Below, in pieces: positions 1-10,615 of a DNA stretch of 64,000 nucleotides (positions are counted from its first letter, which is position 1; each line of letters starts with the position of its first letter). The stretch comes from an uncultured virus (IMG/VR IMGVR_UViG_3300048503_000069) (Duplodnaviria; Heunggongvirae; Uroviricota; Caudoviricetes). Both the position numbers and the translations under genes were made by a program. The stretch lies in IMG/VR virus record IMGVR_UViG_3300048503_000069. One strand, given 5' to 3'. A model generated the notes under the pieces. That model was not told where the DNA came from, ran no database searches, and was given only the letters and a program-made list of their open reading frames with translations.

Positions 1-291
1 GCTAACCACCACTGCGCCTACGGCGCGGGCGACGGGCTGCTGCCGGCATGGAGCGCTTCTACACACGCCCCTTTGAGGGGCCACCAACCATAAAGCCTCC
101 GGCTCTCCTAAGGAACAACCTTTGTTCCTTGCCTTATTGTCCAGACCTTTGGTCTGGTACCCCACTGCCGGAGGATACTTACCAACCATTTACTGCACGG
201 CACCCCGACCCTGAAGGGCGCCCCGGTACCCGGCCGCGCCCTTTCAAAACCTGAGATTCGTCAAGGGCTGTCAGGGGACTAAACTGGAAGT

Positions 292-1947
292 GTGAAGATC
301 GCACTGGCCCAGATCAATCCCACGGTGGGGGATTTCAGGGGAAATCTTGAAAGAATCGTTGCCACCAGCCGGCGCGCCGCCGCACAGGGTGCGCGGCTGA
401 CGGTTTTCTCCGAACTTGTCATCTGCGGCTATCCTCCGGCCGACTTTCTTGAAAAGCCGAGTTTCCTGGCCCGCTGCCGCACAGCGGTCGATGAGTTGGC
501 CGCGGCTACAGGCGATTTGTCGACCGCCGTGGTGGCGGGCGTGGCGCTGGCGGCGGAGGCTGGAAGCGGCAAGCCGGCCGTCAACGCCGCGGTTCTGCTG
601 GATGGCGGCCACCTGTTGCTGGAGCAGCATAAGCGTCTGTTGCCGTTTTACGACGTGTTCGACGAGCAACGGTACTTTGCCCCGTCCCGTCCGCAGCAGG
701 TGGTGGAACTGGACGGGATGCGGCTCGCCATTACCATCTGCGAGGACGCCTGGAACGACAAGAACTTCTGGCCGCGGCGGCTGTATACGGTCGATCCCAT
801 GGAAGAGCTGATGCGCCAGCAGCCCGCGGTGCACATCAATCTGTCGTCGTCGCCGTTCTGGCACGGCAAGCGGGCGATACGCCGTGAGATGCTGGCAGCG
901 ATTGCGCGGCGGGATGGCGTGCCGGTGCTGATGTGCAACCAGGTGGGCGGCAACGACAGCCTGATCTTCGACGGCTCGTCGCTGGCCCTTAACGGGCGGG
1001 GCGAGTTGACCGCCCAGGCGGCCTCATTCGAGGAGGATCTGGTGGTGCTGGATCCCTTCGCTGCGCCGGGCCCGGAAATGCAGGGGAGGGCTGCGGAACA
1101 GGACGATACCGCAGCCGCTTTCAACGCCCTGGTCCTGGGCACGCGGGATTACGTTCGCAAGTGCGGATTTCGCCAGGTGCTGGTGGGCCTGAGCGGCGGC
1201 ATCGACTCGGCGCTGGTGGCGGCCATTGCCAAAGAGGCGCTGGGCGCAGAAAACGTGGTTGGAGTAGGGATGCCCAGCCCGTACTCCTCGGCCGGCTCCA
1301 TCGACGACAGCCGCCGGCTGGCCGCCAACCTTGGGATTCGATTTGAGGTGATCGGCATCAGCGGATTGTTCGAGGAGTACACTCGCGCGCTGCAGCCGCA
1401 TTTTGCGGGGATGAAGCCGGACACCACCGAGGAGAACATCCAATCCCGCATTCGCGGCAACCTGCTGATGGCGCTCTCCAACAAGTTCTCCGCCCTGGTG
1501 CTGACCACGGGCAACAAATCGGAGATGGCGGTAGGGTATTGCACCCTCTATGGCGATATGGTGGGGGCCCTGGCAGTGATCGGCGACCTGGTGAAGACGC
1601 GCGTGTATGCGGTGTGCCGCTGGCTGAACCGCGACGGCGAGGTGATTCCCGCGGCGATCCTCAAAAAGCCGCCTTCGGCGGAGTTGCGTCCGGACCAGAA
1701 GGACACGGACTCGTTGCCGCCCTACGAGGTTCTGGACCCCATCCTGGAAGCGTATGTGGAGCGCTATGAGAGCCCGGAGCGCATTGCCCGGGAGCACGGA
1801 TTTGCCCTGGAACTCGTCCAACAGGTGGTGCGCCTTGTGGAGCGTTCCGAATACAAACGCCAGCAGGCCGCGCCGGTCCTGAAGGTGACCTCCAAATCGT
1901 TTGGCATGGGGCGCCGATTTCCCATCGCCGTTAAAGTGCAGGTGTAA
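292..1947 (+). CDS. nadE: Glutamine-dependent NAD+ synthetase
   Basis: N-terminal nitrilase domain (ELVICGYPP, ICEDAW); synthetase motifs GLSGGIDSA, ENIQSRIRG, TGNKSE, PPSAEL. Confidence 0.96.
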   Translation: MKIALAQINPTVGDFRGNLERIVATSRRAAAQGARLTVFSELVICGYPPADFLEKPSFLARCRTAVDELAAATGDLSTAVVAGVALAAEAGSGKPAVNAAVLLDGGHLLLEQHKRLLPFYDVFDEQRYFAPSRPQQVVELDGMRLAITICEDAWNDKNFWPRRLYTVDPMEELMRQQPAVHINLSSSPFWHGKRAIRREMLAAIARRDGVPVLMCNQVGGNDSLIFDGSSLALNGRGELTAQAASFEEDLVVLDPFAAPGPEMQGRAAEQDDTAAAFNALVLGTRDYVRKCGFRQVLVGLSGGIDSALVAAIAKEALGAENVVGVGMPSPYSSAGSIDDSRRLAANLGIRFEVIGISGLFEEYTRALQPHFAGMKPDTTEENIQSRIRGNLLMALSNKFSALVLTTGNKSEMAVGYCTLYGDMVGALAVIGDLVKTRVYAVCRWLNRDGEVIPAAILKKPPSAELRPDQKDTDSLPPYEVLDPILEAYVERYESPERIAREHGFALELVQQVVRLVERSEYKRQQAAPVLKVTSKSFGMGRRFPIAVKVQV

Positions 1948-2054
1948 GCTAGAGTGCGGGAGCTTTTCCGCGCTATAAGGAGAATCAGCTTGGTTGGTAG
2001 GTAAGCCAAGTAATCCCTTTGGAAATAGTAAGTCATTGATTTTATTGGAAAGGA

Positions 2055-2090
2055 AAATCTCGGGAATCTCGGAAATCTCGGTAAATCTCG
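2055..2090. repeat. Short tandem repeat, 4 x (A)AATCTCG(G)
   Basis: aaatctcggg aatctcgg aaatctcggt aaatctcg seen directly. Confidence 0.75.
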
Positions 2091-2120
2091 AAGTCTTTTT
2101 AGCATTCTCTTAGCAAGAAA

Positions 2121-2156
2121 GAGACCCACCAGGCTGACTGTCTCGGTGGGTCTTTG
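2121..2156 (+). terminator. Putative intrinsic terminator hairpin
   Basis: agacccacc...ggtgggtct stem followed by T-rich tract, A-rich upstream. Confidence 0.5.
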
Positions 2157-2507
2157 TGTGTCTGGATACGCCGACGCGAAGTCAGGACGTGAGCAAGGCG
2201 TAGACGCGGTCAGGGAATCACTCTGTCCAGATGCGGCCGCTGTGGCGTTGTGGCCGTGTGGTGAGCTTTGGGTACCACGATAGTTTCCTTCTCAACTACC
2301 TGGACGCGATCGTGTGTACCAATCTTCCCGACTGGGCCGTAACGAGCGCGGGCATTGCCGTATGCGCTTTCAATCTTGGAAACTATTGCCGGCGGTTCGG
2401 AAAGGCCTGGGTTTCAAGAAAGACGACGCGTTGAGATCCCGAATGAAAATACCGGTGAGCGTTATGGCGTTTCCCGAAATAGTATGGTCTTTGTTGCTGA
2501 GTGCGGG

Positions 2508-2950
2508 GCCGTCGCTCCCCGTCAACTGCCACTCGATCGATTTTCCATATAGCCTGGCAATCCTGAAGAGGATCGTGGCGCCGGGTTCCTTTTGGGGAAC
2601 GAGAGCGCCTGAAGAACTCGGGTTGAATTGCATCGTTGCGCTCAGACGGGTTGCCGGCAATTGAAAACCCCCGTCGGCCGAGTAGGCGGACGGGGGTTTT
2701 GGACGTGCAGGGCGGGGGGGGCCCGCGTCGGTGAGCTGACGCTTTCCTAAGAGAAGGCAGCTCGTTGATATGCACTGGGATCAACTTAGCAGCTCCGCGA
2801 TGTGCCGTCTGGTCAATAGTGCGCAGACGACCCTCGCGGGTGGGGGCGCCAGCCTCATCGACCCTCGCCGTCGCTCCCCGTCAACAGCCACTCGATCGAT
2901 TTCCCATACAGCCTTGCAATCCTGAACAGGATCGTGGCGGTGGGTTCCTT
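2508..2950 (-). pseudogene. Two degenerate XRE-family HTH gene fragments (~84-bp imperfect repeat, 2508-2591 and 2867-2950)
   Basis: Minus-strand translations KEPGATILFRIARLYGKSIEWQLTG and IA*SYLPALERRLKEPTATILFRIARLYGKSIEWLLTG, the latter with an in-frame stop. Confidence 0.6.
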
Positions 2951-3100
2951 GAGCCTGCGTTCGAGGGCTGGGAGGTAGCTCTAGGCGATACTGACATTCG
3001 GCTGGCGCCGGTGTCGGATAGAGGGTCTCGCCGCATTCCGTCGCAATTGAATTAACCCCGTACTTCTCAGCCCTGGACAGTGCCAGGTTCTCTGATCGCT

Positions 3101-4522
3101 CTACGCGGCGGTCTCCATGCTGGATTTGTTGATCTGTGTGGCGTTGCGGGGCTCCCTGTAGTAGCGGAGAATAATTCTCAGTTTGTGCGGGAGCATCGCA
3201 GCTTCGAGAAATTCCGGCAGTGTCGAACGCAGCGCGCAGGCCACGACCAGTTCCGAGGGCGGCAGTGCTGGATTGATGGTGCGCAGCCAACTGCGGAATT
3301 GCCGCCAGACCTCGGCGGTGTGATTCAATGCCAGATGCTGAAGCAGTCCTTGTGCTATGCAGCCCAATTGCACATGCAAGTGAAATGCGTTCATCTTGTG
3401 CCGGACGGCGTCGCGATAAGTGTGGCTTTCGCGGTGCAGATACTGGTCGCCCTGTCCGCGGCGGCGCGGCTTCATGGTGGCCATCCAGAAGTGGTATGCA
3501 TAACTTCCCACCCCATGCACGGCTTGCCGGAATCCCAGTTCGATCTTGAAGCGATAGCCGTAGAGCAGGATGATCTCCATCGGCTCCAGAGTCAGATCGG
3601 TGGCCAGCAGAAAGATGGTGCCGCGCAGCGGATGACAAACAATGACAAAACGCACCAGCCGTCCCGCCGGCCGCCACACGAGATCGATGGCGCGATAGCG
3701 CAGCGTAACATTCTGCTCGCCGTAGACGGGGCTGGGCGCGGAGAGAAACTGTCCCTGGTCGCGGGCCAGATCCTTGAGCTTCACTTTTTCGCCGTAGAGC
3801 CGTGGCCGTCCGCGGCGGCGCTTGCCTGGCGCGGGCGCGGGCCAATAGGCCACGGCGTTGGACTTGGCGCGAGTTACAAGATGGTGGCCTTGAGTTAGTA
3901 ACTGTCCAATCATCTTTCCGCTGGCGTAGTAAGCATCGGCGACCAGCAGCAGCTTGCGATCGATGATGCCGGCCAGTGAAAACAGCAGCAAGGCCAGCTT
4001 GTCGAGCAGGGTGCGCGTATCGCGGTTGGACCAGACCAGCCCCTCGTGAATGCGCGAGACCAGCGGCACGGCGGCGACATGGCCAGCCGAGCCCCGGACC
4101 AGCAAACTGACGGCCTGAAAGCTATGGCCCATGATGTATTCCGGCTTCGAGTTACTCGCCGACTGCTGATGGAGCAGTTTGACGGCGGGCATCTTGCGGC
4201 CTTCTTTCGGAGCCTTGATGCCATCGGCCAGGCAAACCAGCCGCTCCCCCACGGCGACGGGCTCAAAGAGCCGCAAACACAGCCGCGCCCAGCAGGCGGT
4301 GAGCGCGTCCAGGTCCAGGGCGCGGCTGTGAAACAGGTGCAGGAAGCGTCGATAGCCTCGGTTGCCGAAGCCGAAGAGGCGAACCAGGCTGGTGACGCCG
4401 GCCCGCTCCGGGCGGCACGAGAGGCCGGCCAGGGCCAGAATCATCCAGAGGAAGGTGTGGAATCTTCTCGATGCGGGGCGGAGTGCGCGCACGGCATCGA
4501 ACCAGGCGGTCCAGAGAGGCAT
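3101..4522 (-). CDS. DDE transposase (IS701/IS4-like)
   Basis: LADGIKAPKEG, LVADAYY and Y..RFKIELGFR motifs; lies inside the IRs. Confidence 0.85.
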   Translation of the reverse strand: MPLWTAWFDAVRALRPASRRFHTFLWMILALAGLSCRPERAGVTSLVRLFGFGNRGYRRFLHLFHSRALDLDALTACWARLCLRLFEPVAVGERLVCLADGIKAPKEGRKMPAVKLLHQQSASNSKPEYIMGHSFQAVSLLVRGSAGHVAAVPLVSRIHEGLVWSNRDTRTLLDKLALLLFSLAGIIDRKLLLVADAYYASGKMIGQLLTQGHHLVTRAKSNAVAYWPAPAPGKRRRGRPRLYGEKVKLKDLARDQGQFLSAPSPVYGEQNVTLRYRAIDLVWRPAGRLVRFVIVCHPLRGTIFLLATDLTLEPMEIILLYGYRFKIELGFRQAVHGVGSYAYHFWMATMKPRRRGQGDQYLHRESHTYRDAVRHKMNAFHLHVQLGCIAQGLLQHLALNHTAEVWRQFRSWLRTINPALPPSELVVACALRSTLPEFLEAAMLPHKLRIILRYYREPRNATQINKSSMETAA

Positions 4523-4613
4523 AATGCCAATGCAAGCATGAATGCCGATAGCAGTACAGTGCTACCGGTCACAGGATGCGCAAGCCGGCATCTGCTGCGT
4601 TATGCTTTAGACG

Positions 4614-4958
4614 ATGACCATCTCCAGGGAAAAGCTCTTGCTGCGGCAAATCGCGAAGGTGAAAGCGCAACTGGCGGCGCTCGGCGATCTGCGTCCGGGC
4701 AGCTTGTCGACGCAGTGGAACGTCTGCGGGACGCCGGGATGCCGGTGCAAGGCCACGCCGCCAGAAAAGCACGGGCCATACTATCAGGTCAGTTTTACGC
4801 GCAAGGGAAAGAGCAGTTCGAAGTTCGTGCGCAAGGAAGATCTCGCCGCCGTTCGCCGGGAACTGAAGAACTACGAGGTCATGAAGATGCTGATGGACCG
4901 TTGGATCGATCTGGCCACCGAACTATCCAACCTCCGCCTGGCCAACAAGCGCTCCTGA
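4614..4958 (+). CDS. IS-associated small protein (DUF6788-like)
   Basis: LRPGSLSTQWNVCGTPGCRC...HGPYY motif; inside the IS, divergent from the transposase. Confidence 0.7.
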   Translation: MTISREKLLLRQIAKVKAQLAALGDLRPGSLSTQWNVCGTPGCRCKATPPEKHGPYYQVSFTRKGKSSSKFVRKEDLAAVRRELKNYEVMKMLMDRWIDLATELSNLRLANKRS

Positions 4959-5355
4959 TCCCAACCGAGAACTTGGCACTGTCCAGCTCAGCCCAGTTGA
5001 TGATTTTAAACTGAAAGCTCAGAATGCGGAGACCGCTGCGCGGCAGCTTGCAGTGCGAGTTCTTTTAGGCTCTCGGTTCCATCTTAGTGACGAAGATTCC
5101 CTTTTGAACAATGGCGGCTATTTCTCGACCAGAGGCACGGAACCCTGCAATTGGATACAGCAATTTGCCGCCACCTGCAGTCTGAGGGAACGTACAGTCT
5201 CGTCCACCCTTACGGCTCCCGAACTTACTCCAGCAGTCCTGACAACTTGCGCGCGATATAGGCGAAGGCTGTAAAGACGCGGGCGGCTCTGCCGGTCGTC
5301 TGGTGCAGGACACGAGCCACAATGTCAGTTCCGCAACTCCCCGGCAGTCCACTTC

Positions 5356-5550
5356 TTATTTCGCTACGTCGATCTCCGGATATTTCCGCTTGACCGCCGC
5401 CACCACCGTCGCGTGTTCCGGCTTTCCGCTGGACCGGGCCAGCGCATCTCGCGCGTGCGCAGCGTCCTCAATCGGGTAGCGCCGCGTCTTCGGAAAGACA
5501 AAATCCCCTTTGGGCATTTCCTTCCGCTCCTCATACGTAAGCTTTGTCAT
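5356..5550 (-). CDS. Small hypothetical protein
   Basis: FVFPKTRRYPIEDAAHARDALAR motif; GGGAG RBS upstream. Confidence 0.7.
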   Translation of the reverse strand: MTKLTYEERKEMPKGDFVFPKTRRYPIEDAAHARDALARSSGKPEHATVVAAVKRKYPEIDVAK

Positions 5551-5851
5551 CGTGACTTCTCCCGCCCTTCCTGTTCCAGGCCTTGCTCACAGGTAGGATG
5601 GCCCCGGCCCACCCCGAGTTGCACCAGGGCCGCCGATTCGCACGCAGGCGTTTGGCAAGGGATTCGGTCATTACATCTTCAGATTTGACTTCCATGGGCC
5701 CAACGAAAATCTCGTTACGTCGTCCATATACGGGTAGCCAGGTTCCGGCGCCCAGGGCAATCGCATGAACGTCATGTTGATGAAAACCTCGCCGTCTGTG
5801 CCGCCCCTACAGGGCTAACTGGCTATTTCTGGCTCCTTTCCCCGCGCTTCA

Positions 5852-7344
5852 CAGTCCGTTACGAAACTGTTTTCCGAAGTTGAGGGCCGGAGAGGTGCTC
5901 TAGTTTTGAGTGCTTCCTCCGGCTCCTCGGAAAGCGGAGTTTCACGCTTCTTCGGATCAGGTTTGCATCATCGTGGCTAGTTTTGCTCCGCCCAGCACGT
6001 TCATCATGCGTTTCAGGTTGTAGGCCATGATCCCGAGGCCTATTTCGGTCGTGGCTCCGGCTACTCCGCGCAACAGGAAGCGCGGATGGCCGAAGATGCG
6101 GTATTTCAGAGTTGCGAAGGGATGCTCGACCGTACATCGTCGGAGGCGCATCACGGCCGGAGTGGCGCGCTCGTGCATACGCGTTAGCGCGGCCTCGTGT
6201 AGGTGCAGGTAAACAGATCGGTGCGCGGCCGTGGTACAGCGACTCTTCAAGGCACAGGCATTGCAGCTTTCTTGCGGCGCGGCGTAGAGTATGCGAGGCT
6301 TGTCTGTTTGCACGCCCCTGCGCGTGAGCGTCTGTTCCCCAGGGCAGCGTAACGTGTCGCTGGCCGCGTCGTAGCGAAACTGAGTGCGGTCGAACAGCGT
6401 TCCGTCGCCACGATTGTTGACCCCGCGCAACGCTGGCACATGAGGCACGATGCCGCGTGCCTCGCAGGCGGTGGCCTGAACGCCGTTGGAGTAGCCGGTA
6501 TCGGCCACCACGTTCAGCAAGGGCGGATCGCCCAGCGCCTGCTGCGCCGCTCGGGCCATCGGCTCCAGGCTGCGGTTGTCGCTCTTCTCCACGGTCACCT
6601 CATGGGTCACGATCAGCGCGTGTTCGGCATCTACGGCGGTCTGCACGTTGTAAGCCGGGTGCGCGCCATGGCCCTGGCTCATGCGCATAAAGCCGGCCTC
6701 CGGCTCGGCATCTTTCTTCAGCTTCTTGAGCGCCGCTTCGACTGCACTGGAATCGATCACCGGCTCGTTTTCAGCGTCCCCTGCCTCGACCGCATCCAGA
6801 TACCGTTTCACCGCCTCACGTTCGGCCACGCTGCGCGCGCTGGCCACCGCCTGAAATTTCGACCCGTCGATGGCCACCCACTCGCCGCGCACCAAACCCA
6901 CGCTGCGCGCAAATCGCACCAGTTCCGCGCCAGCCTCGGTCACCGCTTCCCGGTGCAGCCGCCGAAACTCCGCGATCGACTTGTAATCAGGAGCTAAACG
7001 CCCCAGCAACCACATCACTTCCACATTGCGACGGCACTCGGCCTCCAGCCGCCGAGAAGAACGCACCTGCTGCAAATACCCATAGAGATAGAGCTTCAAC
7101 AGATCCCGCGGATCGTAGCCCGGTCGGCCCGTATCGGCCGCTTCAGCGCGCACAAAACCCAGCTTGCGAAAGTCCAGACTCTCGACGAATGCCTCAATTA
7201 CGCGACACACATGATCGGTTGGTACCAGATCGTCCAACGCCACCGGAAACAGTGCCTGCTGATTCCGCGCCTCGCCGTGGATATAGCTCATACCTGCATT
7301 TTGCCACGCTTTTACTCGCCACTACCGAGTTTCGTAACAGACTG
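5852..7344. mobile_element. IS1182-family element inserted in a REP-like hairpin
   Basis: IRs cagtccgttacgaaact / agtttcgtaacagactg; flanks ccccgcgcttca and tgaagcgcgggg. Confidence 0.85.
5957..7291 (-). CDS. IS1182-family transposase
   Basis: GRPGYDPRDLLKLYLYGY, RSSRRLE, AIDGSKFQA, ADTGYSN, RRCTVEHPFATLK. Confidence 0.95.
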   Translation of the reverse strand: MSYIHGEARNQQALFPVALDDLVPTDHVCRVIEAFVESLDFRKLGFVRAEAADTGRPGYDPRDLLKLYLYGYLQQVRSSRRLEAECRRNVEVMWLLGRLAPDYKSIAEFRRLHREAVTEAGAELVRFARSVGLVRGEWVAIDGSKFQAVASARSVAEREAVKRYLDAVEAGDAENEPVIDSSAVEAALKKLKKDAEPEAGFMRMSQGHGAHPAYNVQTAVDAEHALIVTHEVTVEKSDNRSLEPMARAAQQALGDPPLLNVVADTGYSNGVQATACEARGIVPHVPALRGVNNRGDGTLFDRTQFRYDAASDTLRCPGEQTLTRRGVQTDKPRILYAAPQESCNACALKSRCTTAAHRSVYLHLHEAALTRMHERATPAVMRLRRCTVEHPFATLKYRIFGHPRFLLRGVAGATTEIGLGIMAYNLKRMMNVLGGAKLATMMQT

Positions 7345-7381
7345 TGAAGCGCGGGGCTAACCACCGCTGTGCCTCCGGCAC
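7345..7381. repeat. REP-like element half (other half 5798-5851; related partial copy at 1-24)
   Basis: gctaaccaccgctgtgcctccggc resembles gctaaccaccactgcgcctacggc at the window start. Confidence 0.6.
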
Positions 7382-7513
7382 GATAGAAATCGGAACCAGT
7401 CTGGTCAACAAAATGGATTCATGCGATTGCCCTGCAAAAGGCTCGCGGCTTGGGCCAGGCGGCGCTTCCACGGGCTATACTCTCTTCTGTCTGATTTTGA
7501 AGGGAGCTTTCCG

Positions 7514-8884
7514 ATGTCTTCATTAGCAGTTGATTACGCCCGCCAGAACTACCCACGCTTTCTCGATGAGTTGAAGGCGCTGTTGCGCATTCCCTCAGTC
7601 TCAACCCTGCCGGAGCACAAGGGCGATTGCCGTCATGCCGCGGAGGTGCTGGGGGCCGAACTGACCCGCATCGGCATGGAGCACGCGCGGCTGATCGAGA
7701 CCGCCGGCCACCCGCTGGTTTATGCCGATTGGCTGCACGCGGCGGGCAAACCCACGGTGCTGGTGTATGGGCACTATGACGTGCAGCCGCCCGACCCGCT
7801 GGACGAATGGCTGTCTCCGCCCTTCGAGCCCACGGAGCGCGACGGCAACCTCTATGGACGCGGCGCGGATGACGACAAGGGGCAGGTGTATTCGCATGTG
7901 AAGGCGCTGGAGTCGCTGCTGGGGGCCAACGGGAAGCTGCCGTTGAACGTGCGCGTCCTGCTGGAGGGCGAAGAAGAGGTTGGAGGGGAGGGAATCAGCC
8001 GCTATGTGGCGTCGAAACCGGCCGAGCTGAAGGCGGACTTTGCGCTGGTGTCCGACACGGAATTGTTCGCGCCCGACCTGCCCACGCTGTGCGTCGGCCT
8101 GCGAGGCATGATCTACACGGAGCTCGAGGTGCGGGGCGCCAAGACCGACCTGCACTCCGGCATGTACGGCGGCGCGGCCCCCAATCCGTTCATCGCCGTG
8201 GCGCAGATTCTGGCCAAGCTCAAGGACGAGGACGGCCATGTTCTGATCCCCGGCTTCTACGACGACATCATTCCTCCCAGCCCGGAGGAACTGGCTGCCT
8301 GGAAGAGCCTGCCCTTCGACGAGGAGCAGTACCGCATTGCCGAGGTAGGCTCGCGCACACTGGTGGGCGAGGCCGGCTACAGCGTGCTGGAGCGGACCTG
8401 GGCGCGGCCCACGGTGGACGTACACGGCATTCCCGGCGGCTTCACGGGCGCGGGCGCCAAGACGGTGATCCCGGCCAAGGCGGTGGCCAAGGTCTCGATG
8501 CGGCTGGTTCCGGGCATGACGACGACCAAGGCTTTCGCGCTGTACAAGAGCTACGTGGAGAAGATCGCGCCCGCCGGCGTGGATGTGGAGGTGCGGCTGA
8601 TTTCCGCCGGCGACCCGTGCCTGATTCCGGTCGACAACCCGTACGTACGGGCGGCCACCCTCGCCCTGCATGAAGTGTGGGGCAAGGACACGGTGTTTAT
8701 CCGCTCCGGCGGGTCGATTCCGATCGTGGGGGACTTTGACCGCCATCTGGGCATCCCAAGCGTGATGATGGGCTTCGGGCTGCCTGACGATAACATCCAC
8801 GCTCCCAACGAGAAGTACCGACTGAAGAACTTCGCACTGGGCATCGAGTCCATCATTCGCTTTCTGGAGGAGGCTGGCGGTTGA
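7514..8884 (+). CDS. M20-family dipeptidase (ArgE/DapE-like)
   Basis: YGHYDVQP, GRGADDDKG, EGEEEVG, DLHSG, IHAPNE; start placed at ATG 7514 after GGGAG. Confidence 0.93.
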   Translation: MSSLAVDYARQNYPRFLDELKALLRIPSVSTLPEHKGDCRHAAEVLGAELTRIGMEHARLIETAGHPLVYADWLHAAGKPTVLVYGHYDVQPPDPLDEWLSPPFEPTERDGNLYGRGADDDKGQVYSHVKALESLLGANGKLPLNVRVLLEGEEEVGGEGISRYVASKPAELKADFALVSDTELFAPDLPTLCVGLRGMIYTELEVRGAKTDLHSGMYGGAAPNPFIAVAQILAKLKDEDGHVLIPGFYDDIIPPSPEELAAWKSLPFDEEQYRIAEVGSRTLVGEAGYSVLERTWARPTVDVHGIPGGFTGAGAKTVIPAKAVAKVSMRLVPGMTTTKAFALYKSYVEKIAPAGVDVEVRLISAGDPCLIPVDNPYVRAATLALHEVWGKDTVFIRSGGSIPIVGDFDRHLGIPSVMMGFGLPDDNIHAPNEKYRLKNFALGIESIIRFLEEAGG

Positions 8885-9171
8885 GCGAGGCAGCCCGCGA
8901 TGCGGCGCCGGACGCCGTGGGCTTTGTGCTGGCCGGAGGGCGGTCCAGGCGCATGGGCGAGGATAAGGCGCGGATCCGGCTCGGCGGCCAGCCGCTGGTG
9001 GCGCCATGCTCTGGGGATTTTGCGGAAGGCCGGTCTGGGGGCGTCTGTGGCGGGCGCGGGCTCGGTATTTGGGGCTCTTGCGCCGGTGGTGGAGGATGCA
9101 AAACCCGGCCTGGGCCCTTGGGGCGGCATTTGCGCAGCGCAGAGGGTCAGCAGCGGATTCTCATCGCGTAA
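8881..9171 (+). pseudogene. mobA: Molybdenum cofactor guanylyltransferase, frameshifted and truncated
   Basis: VLAGGRSRRMGEDKA in one frame; HALGIL...VVED..PGLGPWGGI continues in another frame after ~9003; C-terminal half missing. Confidence 0.72.
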
Positions 9172-9186
9172 GCTGATTTCACGGCC

Positions 9187-10038
9187 ATGTCCGATTCCGC
9201 ATCCAATCCGGAGTTCCCCGAGATGCTGCCTGAAGTTTCTGGCGCGGAGCTGGAGGCGACGGTTGCTATACCCGCAGATGAGCCCTCAGTCCCCATGATC
9301 TCCTTTGGCCACGTCTCCATGTGGTTTGACGAGCACCAGGTTCTGGATAACGTGAGCTTTACGGTGAACCGCGGGCAGACGCTCTGCATCCTGGGCAGAA
9401 GCGGAGTGGGGAAATCAGTGGTTTTGCGCATCCTGATGGGGTTTCTGAAGCCGCAAGTGGGCTCCATCCGGGTGGACGGCGAGGAGATCAACGGCCTGAG
9501 CGAAGAGGGAATGCAGGCCATCCGCAAGCGCGTCACCATGGTTTTTCAGAACGGCGCGCTGTTCGATTCGTTGAGCGTGCGCGAGAACGTGGCGTTTCCG
9601 TTGCGCGAGCGCGGCGGCCTGGCCGAGGAGAAGATCGATTGGATCGTGGCGCAATTGATTGGCCTGGTGGGGGCTGAAGACGCCGCGGATGCTTTTCCGG
9701 CCAGCCTCTCGACGGGGCGCAAACGCGCGGTGGCCATTGCCCGGGCACTGGCCGCGCAGCCGGAGGTGGTGCTCTACGACGAGCCAACCACCATGGTCGA
9801 CCCTATAATTGCCCGGCGTCTTGGCGACCTGATCCAGCGGGCCAAGGACCAGCTTGGGTTCACCAGCATCGTGGTTACGCACGACATGCGTCTTGCCGGG
9901 CGACTCGCCGACCAGGTACTGTTCCTGGATCAGGGCCGAGCCCGGTTCTATGGGCCGCTCAAGGGTTTTCTTGACTCCCGCGACCCGGATATTCAACAAT
10001 TTCTTACGTTGGACGCGTACATATTACCGTCGGAATGA
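9187..10038 (+). CDS. ABC transporter ATP-binding protein (MlaF/Ttg2A-like)
   Basis: Walker A GRSGVGKS, VFQNGALFDSL, LYDEPT, VVTHD. Confidence 0.9.
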   Translation: MSDSASNPEFPEMLPEVSGAELEATVAIPADEPSVPMISFGHVSMWFDEHQVLDNVSFTVNRGQTLCILGRSGVGKSVVLRILMGFLKPQVGSIRVDGEEINGLSEEGMQAIRKRVTMVFQNGALFDSLSVRENVAFPLRERGGLAEEKIDWIVAQLIGLVGAEDAADAFPASLSTGRKRAVAIARALAAQPEVVLYDEPTTMVDPIIARRLGDLIQRAKDQLGFTSIVVTHDMRLAGRLADQVLFLDQGRARFYGPLKGFLDSRDPDIQQFLTLDAYILPSE

Positions 10039-10615
10039 GTTGTATACCAACTAGTAATCGTTGAATCTAAAGATTTTTCTTGCCAATGTCCGGGAGTTTG
10101 GGGCTATGCTTGAACTTCAGCTTTGCCGGAGGCCTGACAGAAAGAATTTGGGGAATGAGATCTTGGACGTGGGGTGCTTCGACCGGGCTCGTTTTGGTAG
10201 AATCTGCTTCGATCATTGGGTTTCGCCCCAAAGAGGACGGCTTTCAGAATTCAGTAGTTCTGTTTGGCTTTCATACCTTGGCCCTTATCCATTTGCGGTA
10301 AAATCAGCGCGCTTGCGGCAACAAAGTTCAGCTGACGGTCCACGACGACTCACCCCACCCCTCAGTCGCCGGGCGCCAGCGAAGGGTGACGCAGGATCCA
10401 AGAGTCGTGCGACGGCACAATCAGGCCAGCACGGCTCACCACAAGGAACGAGGCGGGTTGCATTTTGACCGGCAACCCAAGACCGTAAAAAGAGTCGAAC
10501 GAAAAATTAGTCCACATATCACTGGGCGCGATTTACTTTCCTCCCACAGCTCGTTGGTGGGAATTTTCCCAAGGTATCCCCGTCGAATTGGACGTTTGAG
10601 GTCTGCGGAACGCAT

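Larger units (their letters stand above)
3073..4986. mobile_element. IS701/IS4-like element with 20-bp inverted repeats and 7-bp target duplication
   Basis: IR ctggacagtgccaggttctc (3073-3092) vs gagaacttggcactgtccag (4967-4986), 19/20; CTCAGCC at 3066-3072 and 4987-4993. Confidence 0.88.
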
